Shown piece after piece: positions 54,101 to 64,000 of a DNA stretch of 64,000 nucleotides. Position 1 is the first letter of the stretch, and each line of letters begins with the position of its first letter. The translations under genes and the position numbers were made by a program. The stretch comes from Macrostomum hystrix (Eukaryota > Animalia > Platyhelminthes). The notes beneath the pieces are model-generated. The model saw nothing but the letters and a program-made list of their open reading frames with translations, was not told the DNA's origin and made no database searches. The stretch lies in the NCBI GenBank assembly GCA_950097015.1, contig CATNEN010000038.1:17546001-17610000 (forward strand), given 5' to 3'.

Positions 54101-57100
54101 TCGGCGGCCTTGTCAACGCCTGGATCGCAGGCCTCCTACTCGCCCTGCTGCTGCTGTTGTCTTCGATTCTGTGGGCATGTTGCCACTGCAAGCCAGGTTA
54201 TTACCTGTGCTGCGCCAAGGGATCTGGTTGGGCTTCGGTGAGCAGAAGTAGAACCTGAAATTTGTACTGATGCATAGACCATAATATTTATCTTTGGCGA
54301 GAGATAATGCAGTACATATGACTGAAGACTTTGCTGGTACATAATTGATCAAATATCCTTGCAGTTTGCCCAGTTCTCTGCTGTGAAGAACCAGTTTGGT
54401 TCGGCCATTGGCGGACGCAAGAAGAGAAGCGCCAACGGAGGAGGAGCCACCGCGACAGATGGGGCTCTCAATGTAAGATAGCGATTTGTGGGAGCTAAAA
54501 GCACTTCCATGATCCATATGAACCATGTGTTTAGCAAGTTGATATTTGCCCAAGGTGGGCCATGGTATATCATTTGGTGACACTAGACCCCCAGCCAGCG
54601 AGGAGGCAATTCTGCCCACTTCGCTGACTCCTAAGCACACACGCACACAGAGATGTGTACATCAGCCCTGACTTTCTTATTGTCAGGCAGTGTACACTCT
54701 CACTGTGCCTCGGAGGTTGGCCCTCAAGGGCGTAAATTGCACGACAAGCCCCAAGCCTTCTCTCCGCGGCTGGACCCCATGATTTGTATCCTCGAGAAAT
54801 CTTGGTCTATTTTTGGGTTGCAATGGTTAAAATCTTCAGAGCCGAAGGCATGAGAATAACCTTGGGAATCACCCTGTCGTTCCCATTTGCTACTCACTGA
54901 ATTATGAGCGGAATTATCACTAGCAACCTCGTAGCCATTGTTTCTGTTTGTCGTTAAAGTGGGTATAGCTCGTAGCTGTGTGATTAGAGCAACGAACTTA
55001 CGACTTCAAGGTCGGGGGTTCGATTCCAGACTATTATGGAACAAGTTCCTGTCCTATAGTAAAATAGTTGACCCAGTTGCTTGGGTAGCAGCATCAGTTG
55101 GGCTATTTGGTCAGTGTGGCGCCATCCTCGCAGTTTATAGACTGAACACTTGTATTCGACCTTCAGATGCGCTATGTTTCATCGTTGTTATCAACATCTG
55201 TTAAAATCTATTCTTAGCTGGACATTGCTCAGGTGGACCGGTCGACTCTGGACACACGCATGCAACTGCAAGGCACCACCGACGTCTTGTCGATCCGTTC
55301 CGGTGGTGGCGGCGGCGCCATGTGGTCTCGATATGAGCACACTGTGCGTCAGGAGGACGCCATGTCAGATGCCTACAGGCCCAGGCAGACTTACACTATT
55401 GGCCGAGACAAGGTGTTAGACCTGACCTCTAACTATCAGATTGAGACTATGGGCGCTGTGGAGACGGGCGCTAGAACCCAGGAGAATGTCTACCTGAGCG
55501 AGAATATCAAGGTGAGAATCCGGACTGAACATGACTCAAATTACAGTAAAAATGCTAGAAAAACAGAGTAAAAAAATTGTATGTATGCTTTTCTATACTT
55601 ATCATGACTCATAAACAATTTTTTTAAATCCGGTCGTAGTTAGAGACACAAGCCTGTGGTTTTGTACCGTCGAGAATTATATTCGTACTTAGATAGAAAG
55701 CCTGTGGTTTTGTACCGTCGAGAATTATATTCGTACTTAGATAGAAAGCCTGTGGTTTTGTACCGTCGAGATTTATATTCGTACTTAGATAGAAAGCCTG
55801 TGGTTTTGTACCGTCGAGAATTATATATTCGTACTTAGATAGAAAGCCTGTGGTTTTGTAGCGTCGAGAATTATATTCGTACTTAGATAGAAAGCCTGTG
55901 GTTTTGTAGCGTCGAGAATTATATTAGTACTTAGACAAAAAGCCTGTAGTTTTGTATCGTTAAGAATTTCAGTCGTATTTACTCGTAGATACAAATCTGT
56001 AGTTGTTTATGGTCTATAAGCGGAGAAGACAAGCCTGTAGTTTTTTCCTGAGTAGTTCTGTAGTATTTAGACACAAGTCTGTAGTTTTGTGTCGTCGAAA
56101 ATTCCTGTCGTTTTTCGATGAAAGACATTTAAAATTAGACGTTTTTAATCAGTAGATCGTTTGATAAAATTTCGTAAAACTCTCGCCATACCCTTCCCTG
56201 TCCCTTCCAGGTTGACTGTGCTCTAATTACGCAGAATAGCCGCTATGTTGTCACCGGTAACGCGGCTGGCTCGGCCCAGGTATGGGATTGCGTCAGCGGC
56301 GATCTCATCAAGGTGATGGACGGCCGGGACATTGGCTGCACAGAGATTCACCTGGCCTGCGAGGACTCAGTGCTGTTAGGCCTGGTGCTGGATGAAGCCA
56401 GCGGCCGGCACAGGCTGCAGATGTGGGACTTTGCACACGGCCGACAGGTTGCTATGCCGTACGACGTATTCTGCTCAACGGTGACAGTTAACAAGAGCGG
56501 CGCCCACGTGAGTATAATCAGGGCGGAATTTGTCAAGCACCTCATTCGAGTGCAGATACGAGTATAATTTAAGAACTTTAAAGTGGCAGAGCGCTTAGCG
56601 CGTTTGCCTCTCGCAACAAGGTCCCTGAGCTCGATTCCGCTGCGAGGCAACATTCATTTGTGGCGCAGCCGCGGAGAGAAGGCTTGGGGGCTTGTCGTGC
56701 AATTTACGCCCTTGAGGGCCAACCTCAAGGTACAGTGAAAGTGTACACTGCCTGACGATGAGAAAGTCAGGGCAGATGTACACACCTGTGTGAGCGTATG
56801 CCTGCGTACAGTATCTGTGTGCGTGTGTGCTCAGGAGTCAGCGAAATGGGCAGAATTGCCTCCTCGCTGGCTGCGGGTCTAGTGTCACTAAATGGTGTGC
56901 CATTGCCCTCAGCCCTTCTGCAGCTATTTTTATTAAAGTTTAACCAATCTACTGCAATTTACTTATTGCACTAGGTTTTTAGTGGACTTTTTCTATCTTT
57001 CTGCCTGTACTTTACGGCTCAAACTTTATGAGAGCTGCATTAAATTCGGTCAATAAAAACTAACGCGGCCTATAGGCTACTTTTTTCTTCATTTTTTTAG

Positions 57101-58494
57101 TTTGATACTAAAAAAGCAGAAAACATTGTTTCTAGACCTTTACCGGACACTCTTTTGCATCAGGCCGACACTCAATAGCTAAAAAAAGACCACTAAAATA
57201 AGTTGCGTCAACATGTTCGAACATTTCTTCAAATAGGGCTGGCCTGACCTCTGAGTTCACATCATTTAAAGGTCACGGATTTACTAATTAGCATCGAATA
57301 AGTTTGATTTATTTAATCCGAGCGATGTGAGTTTTAGCCCCTTTGGTGCGAAGGAGGAGTTCCACTTGTTTGTTCTTTTTCTTTTCAAACTGGAACCCCT
57401 CTTTTAACACCATTATCCCTGAACCGTTCTCTCACAGGCCGTTGTCGCCTCCCTGGATTCGGCTGGCAAAGCCTCCAACATGCTGGTGTGGGACATCCGC
57501 TCCAACCAGGTGTCGCGAACCCTACCGCTACCACCTGTGCCAGGACTAACCGATGTCATCACCTACTTGCGCGTCAGCCGAGAGGACCAGTATGTGGTGG
57601 CCGGCTTCCCGAATTCGGCCAGCGGAATGGCCAGCTACCTGGTCTACGATCTTGGAGCTCCGGTTAGCTCATCGCCTCTGCAGGTGCGAGACAACACTGG
57701 TGACATTGGGCTGCCAAAATGAATGGATTGGATTAGAATGGATTGCTAGTCTAGCCCATGAATGAAGGGAAAAATGGATTGCTAGTCTAGCCCATGGATG
57801 AAGGAACAGTGCAGAAATGTCAACAATCCTGAACTAGTTAGTCTTCAATTCGCGCACCACAGGTGGACTTTGACGCCGTGGTGCACTGCACGGAGCTCGG
57901 AGCAGGGGAAGCGGTCACGGGCACCGCCAAGGGCGAGCTGCTGGTGTGGGCCCTGGCCACTGGCCACGTGGAGCGCCCCATCTGTCAGCAGGGTGGAGCT
58001 CCGGCCCACCAGTCGGCCATCAAAGCCGTCAGCTGGTCCGCCGACGGACGAGTCTTTGCCAGCGGCGGAGCCGACTTTGCCGTCCACGTGTGGGACATGA
58101 CCAACGAGAGCCTGACCTTCGCGCTGGAGGGTCACACTGACGATGTGAGTAAACTGCCGGCTGATGTGCGATGAGGCCCGAAAATTGACTGCCCAATTTT
58201 TTTTCTATCCAGGTGCAATCCATCTGCATCAGTGTCGACGCCGAGATCCTTGTGTCCGGCAGCTGGGACGGCTCAATCCGGGTCTGGAAGCTGAAGGACG
58301 GCTCCCAGCTGTGCTGGTTCACCTCCAACATCGACATCTTCAAGGTGATCCTCAGCCGGGACAAGCGCTGCGTGGTTGGCCTGGGCGAGCGGGCCAACAA
58401 TCGCAAGCTGATCATGCTGCAGATCATTCGACAGAAGAGTCGAAGAACTCGCAGCCGCGGACAGTCGGACGGCCAAGCGATAGTTGAGCCATGA
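33101..58494 (+). CDS. Large type I membrane protein: signal peptide, multiple laminin-G/ConA-like and EGF domains, TM helix, cytoplasmic WD40 repeats (~3170 aa)
   Basis: 22 phase-consistent GT-AG exons: 33101-33764, 35369-35931, 36635-36749, 38584-39014, 39231-40183, 40278-40422, 40503-41221, 41297-41713, 42377-42705, 43292-43548, 45424-45559, 49916-51922, 52008-52088, 52513-52740, 52818-53303, 53750-54237, 54365-54472, 55233-55511, 56211-56507, 57438-57683, 57863-58144, 58213-58494. LamG motifs (SFRT..., LNDDRWH, FSGCM), EGF motifs (C.NGG.C), TM AWIAGLLLALLLLLSSILW, WD motifs (ASGGAD..VHVWD, GHTDDV, VSGSWDGSIRVW). Confidence 0.8.
33835..34020 (-). mobile_element. CORE-SINE, degenerate copy
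   Basis: Reverse-complement similarity to 11580-11760. Confidence 0.55.
36007..36232 (+). mobile_element. SINE family A, 3'-truncated
   Basis: A and B boxes plus body match. A reverse fragment follows at about 36415-36590. Confidence 0.75.
42905..43095 (-). mobile_element. SINE family A fragment
   Basis: Reverse-complement match to the 5' half of the family. Confidence 0.65.
45686..49820. repeat. 44-bp satellite array, ~94 copies, intronic
   Basis: Unit aggctaacaagggtcacaaaggaagcaacggaggtagttagaac. Confidence 0.97.
52215..52455 (-). mobile_element. SINE family A with internal deletions
   Basis: Reverse-complement match including the head. Confidence 0.7.
54555..54772 (-). mobile_element. 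SINE family A fragment
   Basis: Reverse-complement match to the family body. Confidence 0.7.
54960..55180 (+). mobile_element. CORE-SINE, degenerate copy
   Basis: acgacttcaaggtcgggggttcgattcc head and ccttcagatgcgc segment shared with the 11507 copy. Confidence 0.55.
55645..56095. repeat. 48-bp intronic minisatellite (decaying toward its 3' end)
   Basis: Unit aagcctgtggttttgtaccgtcgagaattatattcgtacttagataga. Confidence 0.9.
56583..56935 (+). mobile_element. tRNA-derived SINE (family A), full length
   Basis: A box, B box, internal hairpin and AT-rich tail. Confidence 0.8.
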
Positions 58495-58622
58495 GTCTAC
58501 GATGATTAGTTTTCAATATGCTAATAGATATTGCGAACTTCGGTTTGAGACAGCTGTTAATATAATATTTAAACTATGCTTTAAACTAACTGACAATTTG
58601 CCTTCGTACCTGAGTAGGCCTG

Positions 58623-59180
58623 TTAACAGTAGCCATCTCGCCGCCTGTTTTTATAGCAAAGTGGGGATTATTCGGCAGCGCCTGAATGCTAACAGCGTTG
58701 GGTGGTGACTGATTGGTTCACAGACTTGGCGATGGTGTCCTGTGGTTGAGCTGCGCCTAATATTGAGACTTGTTTAGTGAAATTTGGAGAAATTCGCGTC
58801 AGGGTGTCCATAGTGGCCTAGTTCTACCTGTTGAAGCCCTTGAAGGTCCAGCAGTCCGTCTAGATACAGTTAGGTGACCACCAAAGACGGAGATGATGCA
58901 GGCACATTCGGGTGACATGCTGACAAAGTTTGAAGGCCTGGCAAGGCCGCACTGAGGCGCAGTGCTAATTAGTGTATAGGGATGTCTAATTAGTGTATAC
59001 GGATAAGTCAGACCTTCGTCCAGAAACATTGAATATCTCGACGGTCTGAAGAGCTGGCAAATTGATTTCTGTTTCAGAAGATGCGCAACAAAAAGTTGGC
59101 CGCGTTCTTGAGTTTCGTGTGCTTGCGTTGCTCTGTCAGAATGCAGCAAAACATTGTCAGGGGTGGAAATCCTGTTAACA
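58623..59180. repeat. ~550-bp dispersed direct repeat, copy 1
   Basis: Clearly alignable with 62643-63176. Confidence 0.8.
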
Positions 59181-60035
59181 TAATTAGGATTTTTGTTGTT
59201 TAATAACTGTTAATTAAAACTGATAGACATTACTATAAGTAGCGAGTAGCAGTTAGAAAGGATTACAGGAACTGATAAACAGACCTGCAGAGAGGAAAAC
59301 TAATTAGGTCAGTAGAGTTTTGCCACAGACAGGAAGTTTATTTTATGAGCTGTTTTCATTCACTAACTATCTATAACAATTATCTGGACTTATACCACAA
59401 ATGTATTGCTTCATTGATGCGTTGAAATACTCATTAACACTACAATAGGCATAAAGTACATAAACCGTCGCATATTTAGTAGAATTGGTTAGTAAATACC
59501 TGTTTTGTTATAACTCATGCTAAGTGCAAATCGCTTAATGTTATTCCTTATTTTCAAACACCTGAGTACTCCAGATAAACAAGCTTATTAAAAGCTCGTA
59601 TAGCTTCAATTTAATTGTTATATTACACATTTTCTATATAATCTTTCGAGTTAATTATTTGAATTCCCGCTAGCCAATTTTATTGCGCTTCCAAAGTTTT
59701 ACTGATCAAACCCTGGTTTTATATTATAGAATAACCTGTACTACATAAGGCTTCATACTGCTAGCTTCTTTAATAAGTACACTGTAAACTTTTGCATGCC
59801 ATATGCTACTTAAAGTAAGAAAACATTTTTGTCTCCTATTTTGGCTAGAGCCAATGAAAGCGCTTAGAACAACTTAATTAGAAATCAATTTAATGCCTAG
59901 TGACCAACACTTTATAAAATGTGCATGAAATTCTGTTGACAACAAGAAACAAAGTGTCTGCTTCCAAAATATATGTGATTTTACAGTACAAACTAAATTG
60001 CTGCTTCATTTATCAACGTCTTAACCAAGTGACAA

Positions 60036-62320
60036 AAATGGATTGCTAGACTAGCCTCTCAGTGAAGAAAGAAACAGAATGGATTGCTAGTCTAGCCTCT
60101 CAGTGAAGAAAGAAGCAGAATGGATTGCTAGTCTTGCCTCTCAGTGAAGAAAGAAACAGAATGGATTGCTAGTCTAGCCTCTCAGTGAAGAAAGAAGCAG
60201 AATGGATTGTTAGTCTAGCCTCTCAGTGAAGAAAGAAACAGAATGGATTGCTAGTCTAGCCTCTCAGTGAAGAAAGAAACAGAATGGATTGCTAGACTAG
60301 CCTCTCAGTGAAGAAAGAAACAGAATGGATTGCTAGTCTAGCCTCTCAGTGAAGAAAGAAGCAGAATGGATTGCTAGTCTAGCCTCTCAGTGAAGAAAGA
60401 AACAGAATGGATTGCTAGTCTAGCCTCTCAGTGAAGAAAGAAACAGTATGGATTGCTAGTCTAGCCTCTCAGTGAAGAAAGAAACAGTATGGATTGCTAG
60501 ACTAGCCTCTCAGTGAAGAAAGAAACAGAATGGATTGCTAGACTAGCCTCTCAGTGAAGAAAGAAACAGAATGGATTGCTAGTCTAGCCTCTCAGTGAAG
60601 AAAGAAACAGAATGGATTGCTAGTCTAGCCTCTCAGTGAAGAAAGAAACAGAATGGATTGCTAGTCAAGCCTCTCAGTGAAGAAAGAAACAGAATGGATT
60701 GCTAGTCTAGCCTCTCAGTGAAGAAAGAAACAGAATGGATTGCTAGTCTAGCCTCTTAGTGAAGAAAGAAACAGAATGGATTGCTAGTCTAGCCTCTCAG
60801 TGAAGAAAGAAACATAATGGATTGCTAGACTAGCCTCTCAGTGAAGAAAGAAACAGAATGGATTGCTAGTCTAGCCTCTGAGTGAAGAAAGAAACAGAAT
60901 GGATTGCTAGTCTAGCCTCTCAGTGAAGAAAGAAACAGAATGGATTGCTAGTCTAGCCTCTTAGTGAAGAAAGAAACAGAATGGATTGCTAGTCTAGCCT
61001 CTCAGTGAAGAAAGAAACATAATGGATTGCTAGACTAGCCTCTCAGTGAAGAAAGAAACAGAATGGATTGCTAGACTAGCCTCTCAGTGAAGAAAGAAAC
61101 AGAATGGATTGCTAGTCTAGCCTCTCAGTGAAGAAAGAAACAGAATGGATTGCTAGTCTAGCCTCTTAGTGAAGAAAGAAACAGAATGGATTGCTAGTCT
61201 AGCCTCTCAGTGAAGAAAGAAACATAATGGATTGCTAGACTAGCCTCTCAGTGAAGAAAGAAACAGAATGGATTGCTAGACTAGCCTCTCAGTGAAGAAA
61301 GAAACAGAATGGATTGCTAGTCTAGCCTCTCAGTGAAGAAAGAAACAGAATGGATTGCTAGTCTAGCCTCTTAGTGAAGAAAGAAACAGAATGGATTGCT
61401 AGTCTAGCCTCTCAGTGAAGAAAGAAACAGAATGGATTGCTAGACTAGCCTCTCAGTGAAGAAAGAAACAGAATGGATTGCTAGTCTAGCCTCTCAGTGA
61501 AGAAAGAAGCAGAATGGATTGTTAGTCTAGCCTCTCAGTGAAGAAAGAAACAGAATGGATTGCTAGACTAGCCTCTCAGTGAAGAAAGAAACAGAATGGA
61601 TTGCTAGTCTAGCCTCTCAGTGAAGAAAGAAACAGTATGGATTGCTAGACTAGCCTCTCAGTGAAGAAAGAAACAGAATGGATTGCTAGACTAGCCTCTC
61701 AGTGAAGAAAGAAACAGAATGGATTGCTAGTCTAGCCTCTCAGTGAAGAAAGAAACAGAATGGATTGCTAGTCTAGCCTCTCAGTGAAGAAAGAAACAGA
61801 ATGGATTGCTAGTCTAGCCTCTCAGTGAAGAAAGAAACAGAATGGATTGCTAGTCTAGCCTCTTAGTGAAGAAAGAAACAGAATGGATTGCTAGTCTAGC
61901 CTCTCAGTGAAGAAAGAAACATAATGGATTGCTAGTGTTGCCTCTCAGTGAAGAAAGAAACAGAATGGATTGCTAGACTAGCCTCTCAGTGAAGAAAGAA
62001 ACAGAATGGATTGCTAGTCTAGCCTCTCAGTGAAGAAAGAAACAGAATGGATTGCTAGTCTAGCCTCTCAGTGAAGAAAGAAGCAGAATGGATTGTTAGT
62101 CTAGCCTCTCAGTGAAGAAAGAAACAGAATGGATTGCTAGTCTAGCCTCTCAGTGAAGAAAGAAACAGAATGGATTGCTAGTCTAGCCTCTCAGTGAAGA
62201 AAGAAACAGAATGGATTGCTAGTCTAGCCTCTCAGTGAAGAAAGAAGCAGAATGGATTGTTAGTCTATAGCCTCTTAGTGAAGAAAGAAACAGAATGGAT
62301 TGCTAGTCTAGCCTCTCAGT
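60036..62320. repeat. 41-bp satellite array, ~55 copies
   Basis: Unit gaatggattgctagtctagcctctcagtgaagaaagaaaca. Confidence 0.97.
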
Positions 62321-62642
62321 CAATAAAGGAGAGTGAATTGCAATGGATTAAAAGTCTTTAATCTAATTAATTAATTAATAATTATGTAGCAATCAAATGT
62401 ATACATTTTGCTATGTATTCTCTTCAATTTACTTAATCAGAATGTGGGCTAAGTATTAACATGACTGAAAAGCACATTAGCTCCCCATGCAATTAATGAT
62501 TGTCCTTACCAAGATTGTTTTGTCTGGAGTAAAAAAAATGCATTACCTAATCCGATGCTCATATATAGCTTTATTTGTATAAACAGTAATGCATTAGTGC
62601 GTCTTAATCTTCTGAATCTCCCAATATCGCTACATGCATTTA

Positions 62643-63176
62643 TTAACAGTATGACTTACAAGCCATTTTGCCACACGTTTTTATACCAATGTGGGGATTT
62701 TTTGCAGCGCCTGAATGCTAACAGCGTTAGGTGGAGACTGATTGGTTGACAGACTAGGCGAGGGTGTCCTGTGGTTGAGCTGCGCCTAATAGTTAGGCTT
62801 AACCAGTGAAATTTGAGAAATTCGCGTCAGGGTGTCCATAGTGACCTAGTTCCACCTGTTGTAGCCCTTGAAGGTCCAGCAGTCCGTTAAAATCAAGGTA
62901 GGTGACCACCGAAGACGGAGATGATGCAGGGCACATTCGGGTGACGTGCTGATAAATTTTGAAGGCCTGGCAAGGCCGCAATGAGGCGGCGCAATGCTAA
63001 TTCGTGCATAGGGGTGCATGGAAAACACTAGCACTTGTGGGAAAAATCCGACCTTCGGCGAGAACCATCGAATATCTCGACGGTCTGATGAGCCGTGTTC
63101 TTGAGTTTCGTGGGCTTGCGTTGCTCCGTTCGGGTGTAGCACAAAAATGGTAAGAATGGGGGGAATTCCTTACATT
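62643..63176. repeat. ~550-bp dispersed direct repeat, copy 2
   Basis: Diverged copy of 58623-59180. Confidence 0.8.
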
Positions 63177-64000
63177 GGTAGTTCTACTGTTAATTCACTA
63201 ACTTTATCTTATAGGCGGTCCTAATATTTTCTAATTTTTTATTCTGACCAATCAGTTACGAGTATTATCTGTATCGCTACTCAACAGTGAGATTAACTAA
63301 ATCTTATCTCTTTTTTTCTAGACAAAATCAGACAAAGGCGCAAATTATACCATATCAGCCTCTAGACCAATCAAAAATGGACGCGAAAATCTCTTGCCTA
63401 ACCAATCAGAGAATGATAAAAATTTCTCCATGTTGACCAATCAGAAACAGAGATTGACACATACACAAATTTTACTCTTTCCCAATAATCTGGACGAATT
63501 ATAATACGATGGCACTCTTAATGATTGCCTGCAAGCTGACAAGCAAGAAATTTTTTATCACAAGTATTTGGAAAAAGAAACACATAAATAAATAAGAATG
63601 TGTTTCTTTAAATTCTGCTTTCAGTTAGTAAAAAATTGCAGCAAAAAAACCTTATTACAAGAAGCTTTGCTCTATATTTTTAGGCTCTATATTAGTACTA
63701 ATTTTCAATAACAGCCGAAGCCGAAGTCTCGTATTTTGGTGCTTAAAATAAACAAATAACAAAATAAGTAAGCGCGGAAGGCGTAACTCAGAAAACACAG
63801 CGCAGCTATATTTTGAACAGACCTGGAAAAAGTCTATGATACATCTTTGGCTCGCAGATTTTCTACTGGTTTTCGCTAACAGTAGCTCGCAACAATTCAT
63901 TTTACACGGCCAATCTGAATAGAATACTGGGTAACCCACAATACGAATTCATTAGTAAAGTGTGTACTCGCATGGAAAATCTGAAAAATACATAGGAAGT

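Noticed and set aside
56745-56785. CTGACGA...GAAA in SINE family A as a hammerhead
   Set aside because: No stem II or stem III, other copies read CTGACAA, and the segment folds as a simple hairpin.
59100-59140. Minus-strand CTGACAGA...CGAAAC as a hammerhead
   Set aside because: Core spacing is wrong and it is not conserved in the second repeat copy.

Overview
Eukaryotic (animal) genomic DNA with GT-AG introns, GC-rich exons and many minisatellites. The style suggests a free-living flatworm such as Macrostomum, which is inference only. The minus strand carries a secreted WSC-domain gene, then head-to-tail synaptotagmin-12, an intronless RhoU/V-like GTPase, RNF168/169 and GTF2H4 (TFIIH p52). 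The plus strand carries one 22-exon gene (33101-58494, about 3170 aa) that I could splice in phase end to end: signal peptide, LamG/EGF neurexin-like ectodomain, one TM helix and a cytoplasmic WD40 propeller. Mobile DNA includes a ~245-bp TG...CA LTR-like element with a minimal type I hammerhead ribozyme, a tRNA-head SINE family, a CORE-SINE, a MULE remnant, a MITE, a foldback element with an 8-bp TSD and about 16 distinct tandem arrays. Top leads: the LamG/EGF-TM-WD40 receptor, the hammerhead-bearing LTR-like element, and the RhoU-like GTPase with natural G12S/Q61L-type substitutions. All exon coordinates were derived by hand.
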